In this document: piece after piece, positions 39,701-51,100 of the stretch | How positions within the stretch are numbered: position 1 is the first letter of the stretch | How the letters are laid out: each line of letters opens with the position of its first letter | Source: Amoebophrya sp. A120 | Taxonomy: Eukaryota > Protista > Dinoflagellata | DNA length: 64,000 nucleotides | Assembly (NCBI GenBank): GCA_905178155.1 | Contig: CAJINV010000006.1 | Location: forward strand, 4,641,795-4,705,794 | Reading direction: 5' to 3' | Made by a program: the position numbers and the translations under genes | The notes under the pieces: generated by a model | The model's input: only the letters and a program-made list of their open reading frames with translations | Database searches by the model: none | What the model was told of the DNA's origin: nothing

Positions 39701-40039
39701 TACGAGGCGGAGGTGTACGACGACGTCGCGGAAAAAAACGAAGTCGGAGATCATGATCCGTGTTGCACTGCACCAGCAGACGCCGGGGCTGAAGGACGGG
39801 AGGACAAGTTTTGTGGAGAATTACAATTAGATGCACGACCGTCGGACATTAGCGTCACAACCGCAGCGTCGCCAACATCATTTTCGTTTGTGCGAAAGTC
39901 CAGTTCGCTTGGAAGCAGCACATGCTGCACGACACCATCAACGACGAAATCTTCGAAGGGTTTAACGTCACTCCAAACACCAATGTCAGTGGATGGTGAG
40001 GGGGAAGGCACTTTATCAACTGCTGGCACCTCATCGTAG
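33715..40039 (+). CDS. Very large low-complexity (Ser/Thr/Ala) hypothetical protein with hydrophobic N-terminus, 6 exons
   Basis: ORFs 33715, 36142, 37528 and 39383 join in frame after removing 5 elements; globular-looking core near 35900-37620 not recognised. Confidence 0.7.
35957..36062. mobile_element. Introner, family F (TATSCAGGAAAAA..CCATCC TIR)
   Basis: DR TCTCT/TCTCC; similar to 61256 and 62948. Confidence 0.9.
36110..36266. mobile_element. Introner, family B
   Basis: DR CAGAA; starts TAA. Confidence 0.88.
36774..37096. mobile_element. Introner, family G
   Basis: DR CCGAA. Confidence 0.9.
37152..37412. mobile_element. Introner, family A
   Basis: DR GGATC. Confidence 0.9.
39254..39378. 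mobile_element. Introner, family F (degenerate)
   Basis: DR AAGAA/AGGGA. Confidence 0.8.
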
Positions 40040-41189
40040 GCCCCTGTGATGCATATTGAAGCTTGGTAAATGAACATTTTTACGTTTCAAATTTTGAGTT
40101 TTGATAGTTTTGAAGATGATTTTCCCTTCCTCTTTTTTGGCAGTATTGGCCTTATCTTAAATGAACACGAAGATGAACATTTTGTTCGCGATAAGGACAA
40201 CCACATGCTGAAGATGCAGTTTGAATCAAGTATGCTTTGTAATGTTTCATTTCTTTTCGCTGTCGTGTCCTCTCGATGCCTGGCCCCATGGGTCTCTAAG
40301 TTTTGCTTTTACTTCGACCGAAAATTGAAAGTAAACTGCTGGAAACATGTCTTCGATTAATGCAAAACTGAATTTGGGAATACAGATACAGTTCTAGTTC
40401 AGGATGAAACAGAAGCTTAGCTTTCAGAACTTACCAGAAGACTGCCGAATCGAGGCAAGTAGTTTTGGCGCACTAATCGTACTTTTGATTGACCATAAGA
40501 GCCTGCTGCGCCGCCATCTGCTCGTTGTGGTTGTGGTTGTAGTGCAACAACGCTCTAATCTTCGTCGTAGTCTCGATCGTGCGAAAACTTCATGAGCATC
40601 GTTGAGAGATGAATGAGAAAAGACGGAGCGAATGCATTTTCGTGCGACACGCTCTATTCCGTTGTACATCGTCGTTCAATAACGTAAGAGAGCTGTGATC
40701 ATGCGCATCTTCCGGCAGCTGTAATTCCGGTTATTTCATCGTCCTAAGCTCACTTCCGTATCGTTCTGACTTGTGCGAGACTGAGACTCCATCTTCGACA
40801 CGACGTTTTGCTTTGAGAATACAGGAACTACAGGATTTTCTCATACTACCTAGGCATGAATATTGTTCTCCTACCTGCTGGCCAGCGCCTTGGTCCGACC
40901 CCGTGACCTTGATGTAGGAGGTGTGCTCTCGTCAGTATGAGTTTTTTGAGTAGGAGTATATAATATGCGGGTGTTACTTTGTAGTGCTGCGCTTTGTTCG
41001 AATTGGAAGTTTTAGTTTTTTGGTTTATGCTGATTTTCATTCGAACGATTTGCGCTAGAACTAGAAGTCAAGAAATTGTAGGAGCACACCAGGAACCGCT
41101 AAGAGTAAGATTCTAAGCGATCTGTGTGTCTGTCGAAATGTAAAAACCAACCTGAGAAACAAATATAGTAAGTGCTTCTTCTTTCCAAG

Positions 41190-44100
41190 ATGGCTTGTGT
41201 TGCAATTTCACCTACATGTTGTTCAACACGACGAGGACCAGAAAGGAGAGTGTCTTCTTCCTTCCCCTTTCTCCTCCTCATAAATTTCTTCCACCACTTT
41301 CTCCTGAAACCCTCCAACGCCCAACAACAAGCGCAGCCACCACCACTCGCGCCATCCTCCATCCAACCACAAATAGAAGTACCAACACCAACAGGAGACG
41401 GCCAAGTAGATGCTGTGGCGGTTAGGGAAGAGGCGGAATCTTATGCCCAAATAAACCAGCAGAGCGTGAGCGCGGCGGCGGCTGCGAAGAGGAGTATTGT
41501 TAACAGGAATAGTAAACCAGAGCCCGGGACCACTCCTTCCTTCTCCAATCTTCAGCAACAAGTCGGGATAGAACAAAATAAAGCAAAATTACTGCACCAG
41601 CAGCAGGTTCATCTTCACAAAGAAGGAAATACGAAAGAAGAAAGTCTCGGCACCGGGGCCGTGATGCACCCGCGGCAGGACGGAAACGGATCGAAGTTTG
41701 AGAACAGGAACCAAAAGCCGTCGACCTTTTACGACGAGAGTGTGATAACGTCAATTGCGGATCTACATGGGGATTTCAAATCTGCGGTGGAAGCGTTATA
41801 GCAAATGCAAAAATGTCTGGGTCTGGAAAAATGCAAGGTTTGTCATGCTAGGCTAGCAGGACTCTCAAGTCTCTCATGCGCGTTACCCAAAAACATTTTT
41901 TTTCTGTGATGCAGAGTCGCAGTTTTTCATGCAGAATAGGCAACACTTGAGAAGCTCAGAAACTTGTCTTGCTGGGCTATCATTTGTGGCATCCTCATGC
42001 TACGTCACTCAGCATTACAAGTCTCCAGACCCAGACATTTTTGCATTTGATACGTTAAAACTGGCGAAAATCATGGACGACCAGTGGAACTTATGCATTG
42101 CAAAAGTATCGTGCTAGTGGTAGTAGTAAAACAAAAACTGCATTACAAACTTGCTTCGCATTACAAATGAAGTTTGTAATGCTGTTTCACCTTTACGAAG
42201 GACACTTGTCACGTATAAACAGCAACTACAACAACTACGAGTGCGACATTACTTTTGCAGAGCATAGAACTGGGTGGCGGGCAACAAAATTTTCATCCAA
42301 ACCGGGGATATTGTGGATCGGGGAAATAACGGGCGGGAAATTTACGATCTCATGTTCCGATTGCAAGATCAGGCGGAGAAGGTATTTCTAGATAGCGTTC
42401 TAACTTATTCATGCTTCTGACTGTGCATGACAGAGCCAACTCGACGTCTTCCAGAAAATCGCATGACAAATTTCAAGTTATGTGCTGAAGCCAAACAATG
42501 TGAAAGTGTAAGTCATTGATTGTTCTTTCTCTACACCTGAAAAATCAGGCCGGCGGGCGCGTCATCATGTTGTTGGGTAATCACGAGGCAATACGAATGC
42601 AAAATGACGTGCGATACCGGGGCCCGAAAGAGACTTCCTGGTCCTTGCACCCGAAAACAAACGACGATGACGCCAGGGGGATAAAAGCTTGGGCGGAGGG
42701 GGGTTGGTTGAGGACGGTATAGAATCTGATAGTTTTTTTTGGTAGTTGATTATGATTTCCCTGTGTTGGTACTTTGTGATGCTGATCCATGCATGAGAAG
42801 CAAGATTTGTGTTGCAGCACATCAAAGACAAAGTCGTCATCAATTTACGACGCTTAATCCTATCCTCAGGCACTGGAAAAACGTTCGTCCACCATGGCGA
42901 TTGCCGGCCGCTCACTCTACGTCCACGCAGCGTTGACCCTTTCCTACGCCAAAAAACTGGAATACGGAGTTCTCAAACGCTACATTCTCAACTGTTACAT
43001 GAATTTGTCATGCAAACCTCTCTTCAGTATCACTATCATCAAGCTGCTTTGCATGACAAATTTCCAAAGGGCTAAAGAGCCTCTAAATCTGTGCCGAATC
43101 TGAATCTGTAATGCAAAAGGCGCAATCTCTACCCTTGCATTTTTGCCATTGTTGCAATACAAATTCATGTACCAGTTGAGAGTGTAACGTTTGAAAACGC
43201 CATATGGAAACTATCGCCCAGGAATTCGACAGCAACGCGAATTTAGACACCCCCATGAGCCCGGAGCTACGGGAGAAAGTGTTTAACAAGTTTCACGAGA
43301 AGGTGGTCGAAGCGTTGCGGAGCCAGGACTTCCTAAATTTCTACGTATTGGATTTAGATAATTTTATTTGGCTGCATTTTACTGTAAAAAGTGTAGTCCA
43401 ATTCACATGACAAATACATTCGACTTTGCCTTGTATGCATGACAAGCTTCAATAAAAATAAAATCAGATCAACGACTACTCTCCCTTTTGGTCCCGCGAA
43501 TACGACTTGGAGTGCGCAGAAGCTGAGCGGGTTTTCAAATTTCTCAACGTGGACCGCATCATCGCGGGGCACACCCCTTTATCCTGTGCAAAAGTAACGT
43601 ACTACTGTAAATTGCAATACAACTTAGCTCAGCATTACAAATAAAATTTGTAATGCTGAGTAACAACTAGATTTGTAATGCATTATAACTGCAATTGCTA
43701 CGAGTGCGATGCTTTTGCAATGCATACCCGCAAACCGACGGCAGAATCGGCGTCGGATGTGACGGGAAAATCGTGCTGGCCGACACAGCCATGAGCATCG
43801 CGTACCGCCAATCGTTTCCGAAAGGGCAGGTCAGTGTTTTGACGATAGCGGACTCCGTGCCGGAAGACGGAAAGGAGACCGTCGTGCAGGCGCTGTACAA
43901 AGACCAAGTAATGGAGTTAGAGAAACAGGCCGGGCACTGGGGATCCTGGGCCAGTGTGGTGGACCCAAACATGGTGAAACAGATGCAGGAGCGCGACCGG
44001 AAAATGAAAAACGTGCGTGGGGGTAGCAGCAGTAGCAGCAATAGCGGTAGTGCGGGTACTGGTACAGCTTCTTCTACCTCCAACGGAGCAGAAACAACAC

Positions 44101-44911
44101 CGACAAACGCAGCCGCTACTTCCTCAAACAATGAAGCAGAAAATGCAGCAAAAACTACGTCAACTGGCGAGGCCTCTTCTTCCAGTAGTTCTTCAGCTGC
44201 AAAAGCTAGTGCTGGCGCGACGTCCGAAACAAATAAAGAGCGTGAAGATTCCAAGAACACCGGCGCAACAGGACATCAACTGTCTGGTACTGCATCCTCG
44301 GAAACCAATTTAGCAAGCAAACTCCTTTCCTCCACCAGCACAACCCAAACTTTGTATCACTACCTCTTCGCCTCCCCGAGTAGCACGATCTGCACCCTTG
44401 TCTCACTGCTCATCATCACTCTCGTTTTCTTCCTCTTTTTCCGGTTTTACCAGAGGTCGAGGATGATGGGCGGAACCATAGCGGGCGGGAGTGGCGGGCT
44501 GTTGCCCGGGTGTAACGCAGGGACGTTTGGCGGGCCGGTCGGGGTGATCGGGTCGATGTATTACATGTGGAAAAGCTATGGAACTGTCAGGATCGAAATT
44601 GACAAAATCGAAAAATTTGTGATGCATAAAATGCATGACGCGGAATGCGTGTGTTGCAGAGCAGGCAAGTGAGGCCGATTGTAGGCCTGTTTGGGGTTGT
44701 AACTCGAGCTGCTACAGCAGCATGAGAGAATTAGCCTTCTTTGCCTAAACAGCATTACAGACTGGATTTAGGCACCGCCAGAATTTGTCGTGCGCCACTT
44801 AGAAACTGGGTTCGAACTGGAATCCATTTTATGCATGACAAATTATTTCGATTTTGTCAATTTCGATTCTGACACTTCCATAAAAGCCGGACGCCAAGGC
44901 TGGTTGTTTGA
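41190..44911 (+). CDS. Shewanella-like metallophosphoesterase, paralog 3, with C-terminal transmembrane helix
   Basis: IADLHGD, QTGDIVDRGNN, LGNHE, VHAA, IAGHTPQ, LADTAMS; TM segment ICTLVSLLIITLVFFLFF; 5 elements and 3 GT-AG introns removed; ends KSRTPRLVV*. Confidence 0.85.
41799..42052. mobile_element. Introner, family A
   Basis: DR CGTTA; starts TAG. Confidence 0.9.
42092..42266. mobile_element. Introner, family B
   Basis: DR GAACT. Confidence 0.9.
42382..42548 (+). other. GT-AG intron (others in this gene: 42717-42869, 43345-43467)
   Basis: Spliced product aligns with the intronless paralog at 29048. Confidence 0.8.
42963..43204. mobile_element. Introner, family I-like
   Basis: DR TGGAA; starts TAC; TIR TCAAACGYTACAYTCTCAACTG. 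Confidence 0.88.
43580..43726. mobile_element. Introner, family B
   Basis: DR CCCTT/CCCGC; restores GHTPQ. Confidence 0.88.
44577..44882. mobile_element. Introner, family E (opposite orientation to 19913)
   Basis: DR AAAGC. Confidence 0.9.
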
Positions 44912-45793
44912 CAACGTGGTTTAGAAGAAGACACGATTTGAAATTCTAGCAACTGAAGTTTTAAGTAGATATAGATTTACTCACTACACTCTGATGTTTA
45001 GCTTGTTTACCAAATTCTCAAATTTACATTGACAACGTGTTGCAAAAAATTTAAGAGTTTTTTGTTCCTGCTTGAATACGAATAATGTAAGTGTGCAAGA
45101 GGTGGAGTTCGCCCTTGTATGTACAAAACAATGTAGTGTTGCGTGTGTACATAAAACTGTAATATCTCATCACTTTTTTGTGGTCCCTACGTAAGTAGCC
45201 CTTGTAGTTTGTTTTGCTTCGTCACTTTGTTTTCTATTGTACTACACTGACGGCCACGGCGCTAGAGGAGGTAGTGATGCAGATGCGGCGCGACAAAATC
45301 ATCATGCCTTATCATGCTGCTGCAAAAGATGAAAGCGCCCAACTGTGGCCCTACTCATACGGCAAGAAAGATGAGGTGGTTCTTCTACTTTCGCCAGAAA
45401 ATAAAATTTTCTTGTCGACTTGATGTACTTGTACATTTTAAAAATGCCGATGACCCTGTGTCGTCGCTAAAAAAGACGTCGACACGACAGCGCTGCAGTT
45501 TTGGTTTTCCGGCATCTGGTTCACTGACCGACTTGTGACGGTTTGGATTTGATGGTGCGTTCGTGCAAGTATCTTCGGTGCTGTTTGTTCTTCACAAGTA
45601 TGAGTGACGGAGTTCCCTTCAGAGGAGGGAAAAAGTGCCGTCCATACCACCAGGAGAGCGACTTGTCTATAATTTTTTGATGTCGAGGACGTGTTATCTG
45701 GGACTGGGAGTGCGAGAGCACATCTGGACGAAGCGTAAGGGTAAAGGAGCGACAAGATTATACTACAAGAGGCCAACTGTAGAGCTACAATCG

Positions 45794-47620
45794 ACGCGAT
45801 GTTGTCCTCCGCCGCGGGGTTGATGCGCGAGCACGCCGCCGCGGAAGGTCCCATGGAGCCGCTATGGCGTTCGCTGGTTGTTGCTGCCGACGGGCGGACT
45901 TGCGGGCCAGCCTCGGGCTACATCTCTGGTTGCCGTATTGCGCAAGTGAGCGACCGACCCCGGGCCGGCGCCGTAGCAGCTGAAAGAGTGCAGGCTGCCG
46001 AAAGTCGGCGGCCGCCTTGTCCTCCCGCCCGGCGGGCACGGTGGGGGCGGTCAGCCCCCTGCCCCCGCGTCGCGTCCGGCGTGCAGTGGGGCAATGCTTC
46101 CCGGCCCCTTTTCTAACTTCTTGGGCGGCCCCAGCGCTGTGGCGCGCCCGTGCGGCCCCTTTGGTGTCTGACGTTGTGCCCCCTGGATCCCGTTTCCGGG
46201 GTGGGCCGCCCTGTTGATTGGAGCGAGTGAGCGCAAGCAAGCTCGGGCCGAACGGGCAGAAGCTAACTATCTAGCGCATGTTCTGCGGCCTTTGTTTTGT
46301 GACTGCCGTTCGTTGCCGTGCCGGGGCGCGCGTCCGGGCAAGCAAGGTTTGTCTGGCAGCTGCGTTGCAGGCCGTGCCTGCCTAAAAACCCACCGCCCCC
46401 CTCGATGGGACGCCACAAGGAAGACCAGATCAGACGTGTGTGGTTCGCAGCTCTGGCAGGCCTTGGCGCCGGGGCGTATCGTATGTGTTGTGTGCATCTA
46501 TACTTACATTGTTCTTTGGCATCGGGTGTTCGCGTTTCTTTTTTTCTTGACATCGTATGGTCATTGCAGAGTGGTGTTAGCTACACGAGACTGGTCGTCA
46601 GGAGTTCGACGGCTTCCTCAAGAGGAAGAGCAAGGTCCGAGTGCAGCCAAGTACACAGACCGCCAGCACTTCTGAAGCCAATAGAGATGTGGGCGGCCGT
46701 TGTATGAGTCGCATAAATTTGAAACGAGAGGAAGAGAGGACGTAGACGATGACGTAGGCTAGTAGGGGTTGTCAGATAAAGAAGTAGAACTTACTACCAA
46801 GAAAAACTGAGGCGATACAAAAATGGAAACGATAGCACCAAACGAATAACCGGAGCGAGTCTTCCAAAAATGGGCGCTGTTTCTTTGTGCGCGTGGCGCG
46901 CAGGCCCTGCATGCGAGGGGCGACTGTGTCAGGGGCCACGCCTTCCGTGTGCTTCTCTGTGGCTGGCCCCTAGAAGCGTAGCGCCAATGCTTTCGGGGTC
47001 GTGTGTAGTGGGCAGGCCTCTGCCCGTGTTGCCAGCTCGGCCGTTCGTTGTTCGCTGGTGGAAGCGTTGGCCGCGCCTCGCCAGCGATTGGCCCAACGGA
47101 AGGCGGAGGCCGTTCGCCCGACAGTGATGATGGCGATGAAGAAACTCACGGGCGGCGAAAAGCTGGCGGGGTCAGAGGCGAGCGGCGCGCCCTCTCTTCC
47201 TTTTTGTCGTTGCTCATCAGCGAGGCTGGCAGGCGACGCCGCCGGGGGGGAAGGCGCGCGGCCGGGCAGGCCGCCGCCGCGCGCCCGTATTCCTATTCTT
47301 CGGCGGCCGGGCCTTGGTTGCCCCGCCCCCGCCCCCCCCTCGTAGCTCCGGCCGGGGCGGCTCGCGTTCTCCGTGCCCCCCAGACCTAGCGGCAGCCAGC
47401 CGGGCCCCGGGTTGCTGCTCGATCGGTTTTGGCGGCGCGAAGACGCATGGGTTGGATAGGCCTAGCAGGGAGGGAAGCCAGCGCGCCCACGCGCGCTGCG
47501 TCTTGCAGCAGCTATGCCTCCGCGGAGAACAGATGGTCCGCGCGCGTGCAAGAATGCAAGCAACTTGCGGCCGCCGCCCCCGGCCGGTGGCACGGCTTCC
47601 GTCTCTTGGGATATATCGAC
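45794..47620. other. Two GC-rich islands interleaved with duplicated SANBR upstream/start fragments
   Basis: 45794-45831 resembles 48162-48199; 46515-46634 resembles 47681-47801. Confidence 0.7.
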
Positions 47621-48169
47621 TAGTATGATTAAGCAAGGGCTGTTGCCCACAGGTGAGTTTTGGTGCCGTGGTGTGTCTTATTTGGCGTCGTGTGTTCGCT
47701 TTTCTTTTTTTTGTTTATTTTGTCGGATGGACATTGATGATTGCGGAGTGGTGCATGCTACACGACGAGACTGTAAGAGTCACTTGCTCCGCAAGAGCAA
47801 GCGAGGTACCATAGTTCTCAGTGATCTTGTTGCCAATATCACGTCTTCGGCCCCAGTTGCAGGAAAGTGAGTTTTTCTTTGTAGAAGTGCCTTACTTTGA
47901 GTCAGTTTGTGTGTACGGTGAGTGCGTGTGGCTGCGGCGACACATTGCTGACGAGATGACGTAGCTCAGGTCCGAGAGGTTCTTTGTGTGTTATGATTCG
48001 CATGCTCAGTACCAGGAAATAGGAAGTTCAGGTAGGTGGGATCTAACATTCTGTTCCTGTGCCTCCTGTCCCTACTTCACATTACTTAGTTTTCAACAGG
48101 CTATTGCGGAATATATTTTTCAGTGTTGTGTAGTCAGTTTCTGTACCACTCGAAATCCAAAACGCGAAG

Positions 48170-51100
48170 ATGTCCTCCGCCGCGGAGTTGATGCGTGAGG
48201 AGATGCTGCACCAGCAGCGGCAGCAGAACCAGCACTCCAAATCCGGTAGCTCGACTTCGCACTCAACCTCGAGAAACACCGCTGGCGCAGCTGCCGGCGG
48301 CTCTTCTTCCTCTTCCACAGCTAATGGAAATAATCATGGAGCCGCAGCATCTTCATCCACAGCTATCACCTCCTCTTCCTCCTCCAACAATATCGCAATC
48401 TACGTCTTCGACGAAACCACGAACCAGTCCCGAAACTTTCAGTGCAAACAGGATGTGTTGTTAAAACACATGAAATACTTCCGAAGCTACCTAGCTGGTT
48501 CCAGCAAATCTTCCTCCAACACGACCACCCCAGAGGACGACATTAACGATGGAACGGGTAGTATCGCAAGAAAAAACTGCTTCACTGTAAACTTGTAATG
48601 TAGAAAATGCATCTGAGAAGTGTTTGTCTTACTACACATGCAAGACAATGGATTCTATAGCTGTGTTTCCTTTTAGGGATCTCGCATGGCAAATTTTCTC
48701 TGTGATGTAGAACAAACTTGTGATGCAGAACTTGCAAAGTCCTTACAGTGAAACACTTTTTTCATACGATATGTCGTAGTAAAAAACAACCACCAAACAA
48801 GCAGAAGAAAAAAAAGGACCAGCAGGAGCAGCAGGTGGAGATTTCTGTCCACTGTGACATCGGCGTTTTCGCCTGGCTGGTTCGGTACATGAGCAATCCG
48901 GAATTAATCGCGAGTACGAAATTGAACGCAAACAACGTCATCAGCATTTTGATTTCCGCGGAGTTTCTGCAGATGGAGTTGCTGGTGCGGCAATGTGTGG
49001 AATTTCTGGTGAACCCAGGAACAAGTGGCGGAGGAGGCGGGGGGAACAATCCGTATGCACTGCAAAAGCGTCGCGTCCCTGTTACTTGTAATATCGCATG
49101 ACAGATCTGCTTTCTGACCTACATTTGCATGGTAAATTTCACTTGTCTACGGCTTGCAAGAATTTGTCATGCGGTTTCCACTAGAACTAGAAGCAAGTAG
49201 ACCAACAAGCGTAGCCGTAGGAGCAAGACGCATTCTGCAATGCATAATCCGAATGCAGCCGGCGCACTCGTTCCCGGAACACAAAACTTTTCGACGTCGC
49301 CTACCGGAGGTGGGTCTGTCGCCGAGAGCGCGACTGGGGGAAAATTTCCGGCTCTGGATCAGGTAAGTGCGTGAGTTTCCTTCTCACCTTCACCTGATTC
49401 ATTTTCATGCCACTTTTGCATCACAAAATGAGTCTGCTACCTGCAGTACTTCCGCATGACATATTGGAAACAACATATACACCCTATCAGGTCCTGGCCC
49501 TTCCAATCGACCTGAACTGTTTGAATGAGGAGCTACTGGATTTCCTTTATCAAATGCAAAAATGTCTGGGTCTGGAAGGTTGCAACTTGTAACGCTGTCT
49601 TTGGAACGTAACAAAAATCTGTATTGCATGACCAGCAAGAGGAGCGCAGTTTGTGCTACGTCGCGGAGTGGGCGTTTCTCATGCGGAATACGCATCAGAA
49701 GGCCCTTTAAAAATCTGTGATGCTATGTCATGCATTACAGGCATCACGGGTTATGCAAAATATGCATGACAAACCTGGCAATCTTCCAGACCCAGACATT
49801 TTTACATTTGATATCCTTTGCGATAAGCTCAAAGTCGAGGAATTGGACAAAATCGTTGATAACGAAGACAAACTGGTCTACAAACTCTACGACGTTATGC
49901 ATTGCAGAAGTATCGTACTCGTATAAAAATAAATTGCAGCACTGCATGACAAATCCATTATACAATCTCGAAGCAGCATGACAAATTTCACTTTCGTTTT
50001 GCCGAAATTTTTGATGCTGTTTTCACTACTACGAAGATGCAGATGCTTTTGCAATGCATAGACGTGCATTTGAAACGGTTGCTGAACAGCAGTCCCGAGC
50101 TATCCAAGAAAAAAACTGTGTTAGTGTAACTTTGTGTTGCAGAAAGTGCAAAGGTGTCACACTTGTCATGCTGGACATGCATCAGAGGCAACTTTCGTAC
50201 GTGTTTTCACGTACTAGCTGCGCATGACAGGTTTTCTGTGTCATGCAGAACAAACTTGTGATGCTATTCCTCCAAGAAACTTGCACTTACAGTTACACAC
50301 TTTTCTTCCTGGATACGAGCTTTTCCGCTGCGTCTTCTGCCGGGAGCTGTTTTCCCTGGTGATGCCCGGAGCTGGGGTTAGCAAGGCGAAAAAGCTCCTG
50401 CTTGGGGGCGGTGGAGGAGGTAGTAGTGCTGGTTCTTTAGCAAGAAGCAGGAGTCGAGAAAACGAAACAAGGAACGCCGGGGCTGGTACAGCAAGTTCGC
50501 CGCAAAGAAGAGGCAGTGCAACTGCCGGTGGTTCCTCATCTTCCTCGTCCAGCAGCTCGTCTTCTAGTTCGTTGAGAAACAGCACTACTGCCGGAGCAAA
50601 AGTCCCGACTCGATCTCTCAAAGAACTGCAGCTCGCGTCGAGGAAAATCATGAAGCAGAATCAGCAGGAGAAGAAGTTACAACAAGACACTTCCAAACAA
50701 GACCACGAGGAGTTCATGAAATGCCCGAAGGCAGAAATTTTCATCGACTTCAACGGCAAGGTGATCGCGCAACACGTAAAAGACCGCGATTTCGACTTCT
50801 ACGACTACGCGGAGTACGAAAAGCAGAAACGGTTGAATTCCAGCTCTGAGCAGCATGGCGGTTCCAGCCTGAAAAAAACGAAGATGCGGGATTTGTTCTG
50901 GTCGGTCTTCGGAAAGTTGAACTACTTGAAGTGCAAGCACTGCGACAAAACACTCTCTCTGTCTACTTTTGCGGAGGGGTTGAATTGTTGGTATCATCCG
51001 TTGAAGCCGGGTCAGAGTCAAACGGCGCTGAGAAGTGGAGGTGACAGCAACGTCGTGTCTTCCACTTCTAGCGAGTCGGAGGACATTCTGTGTGGTGCGG

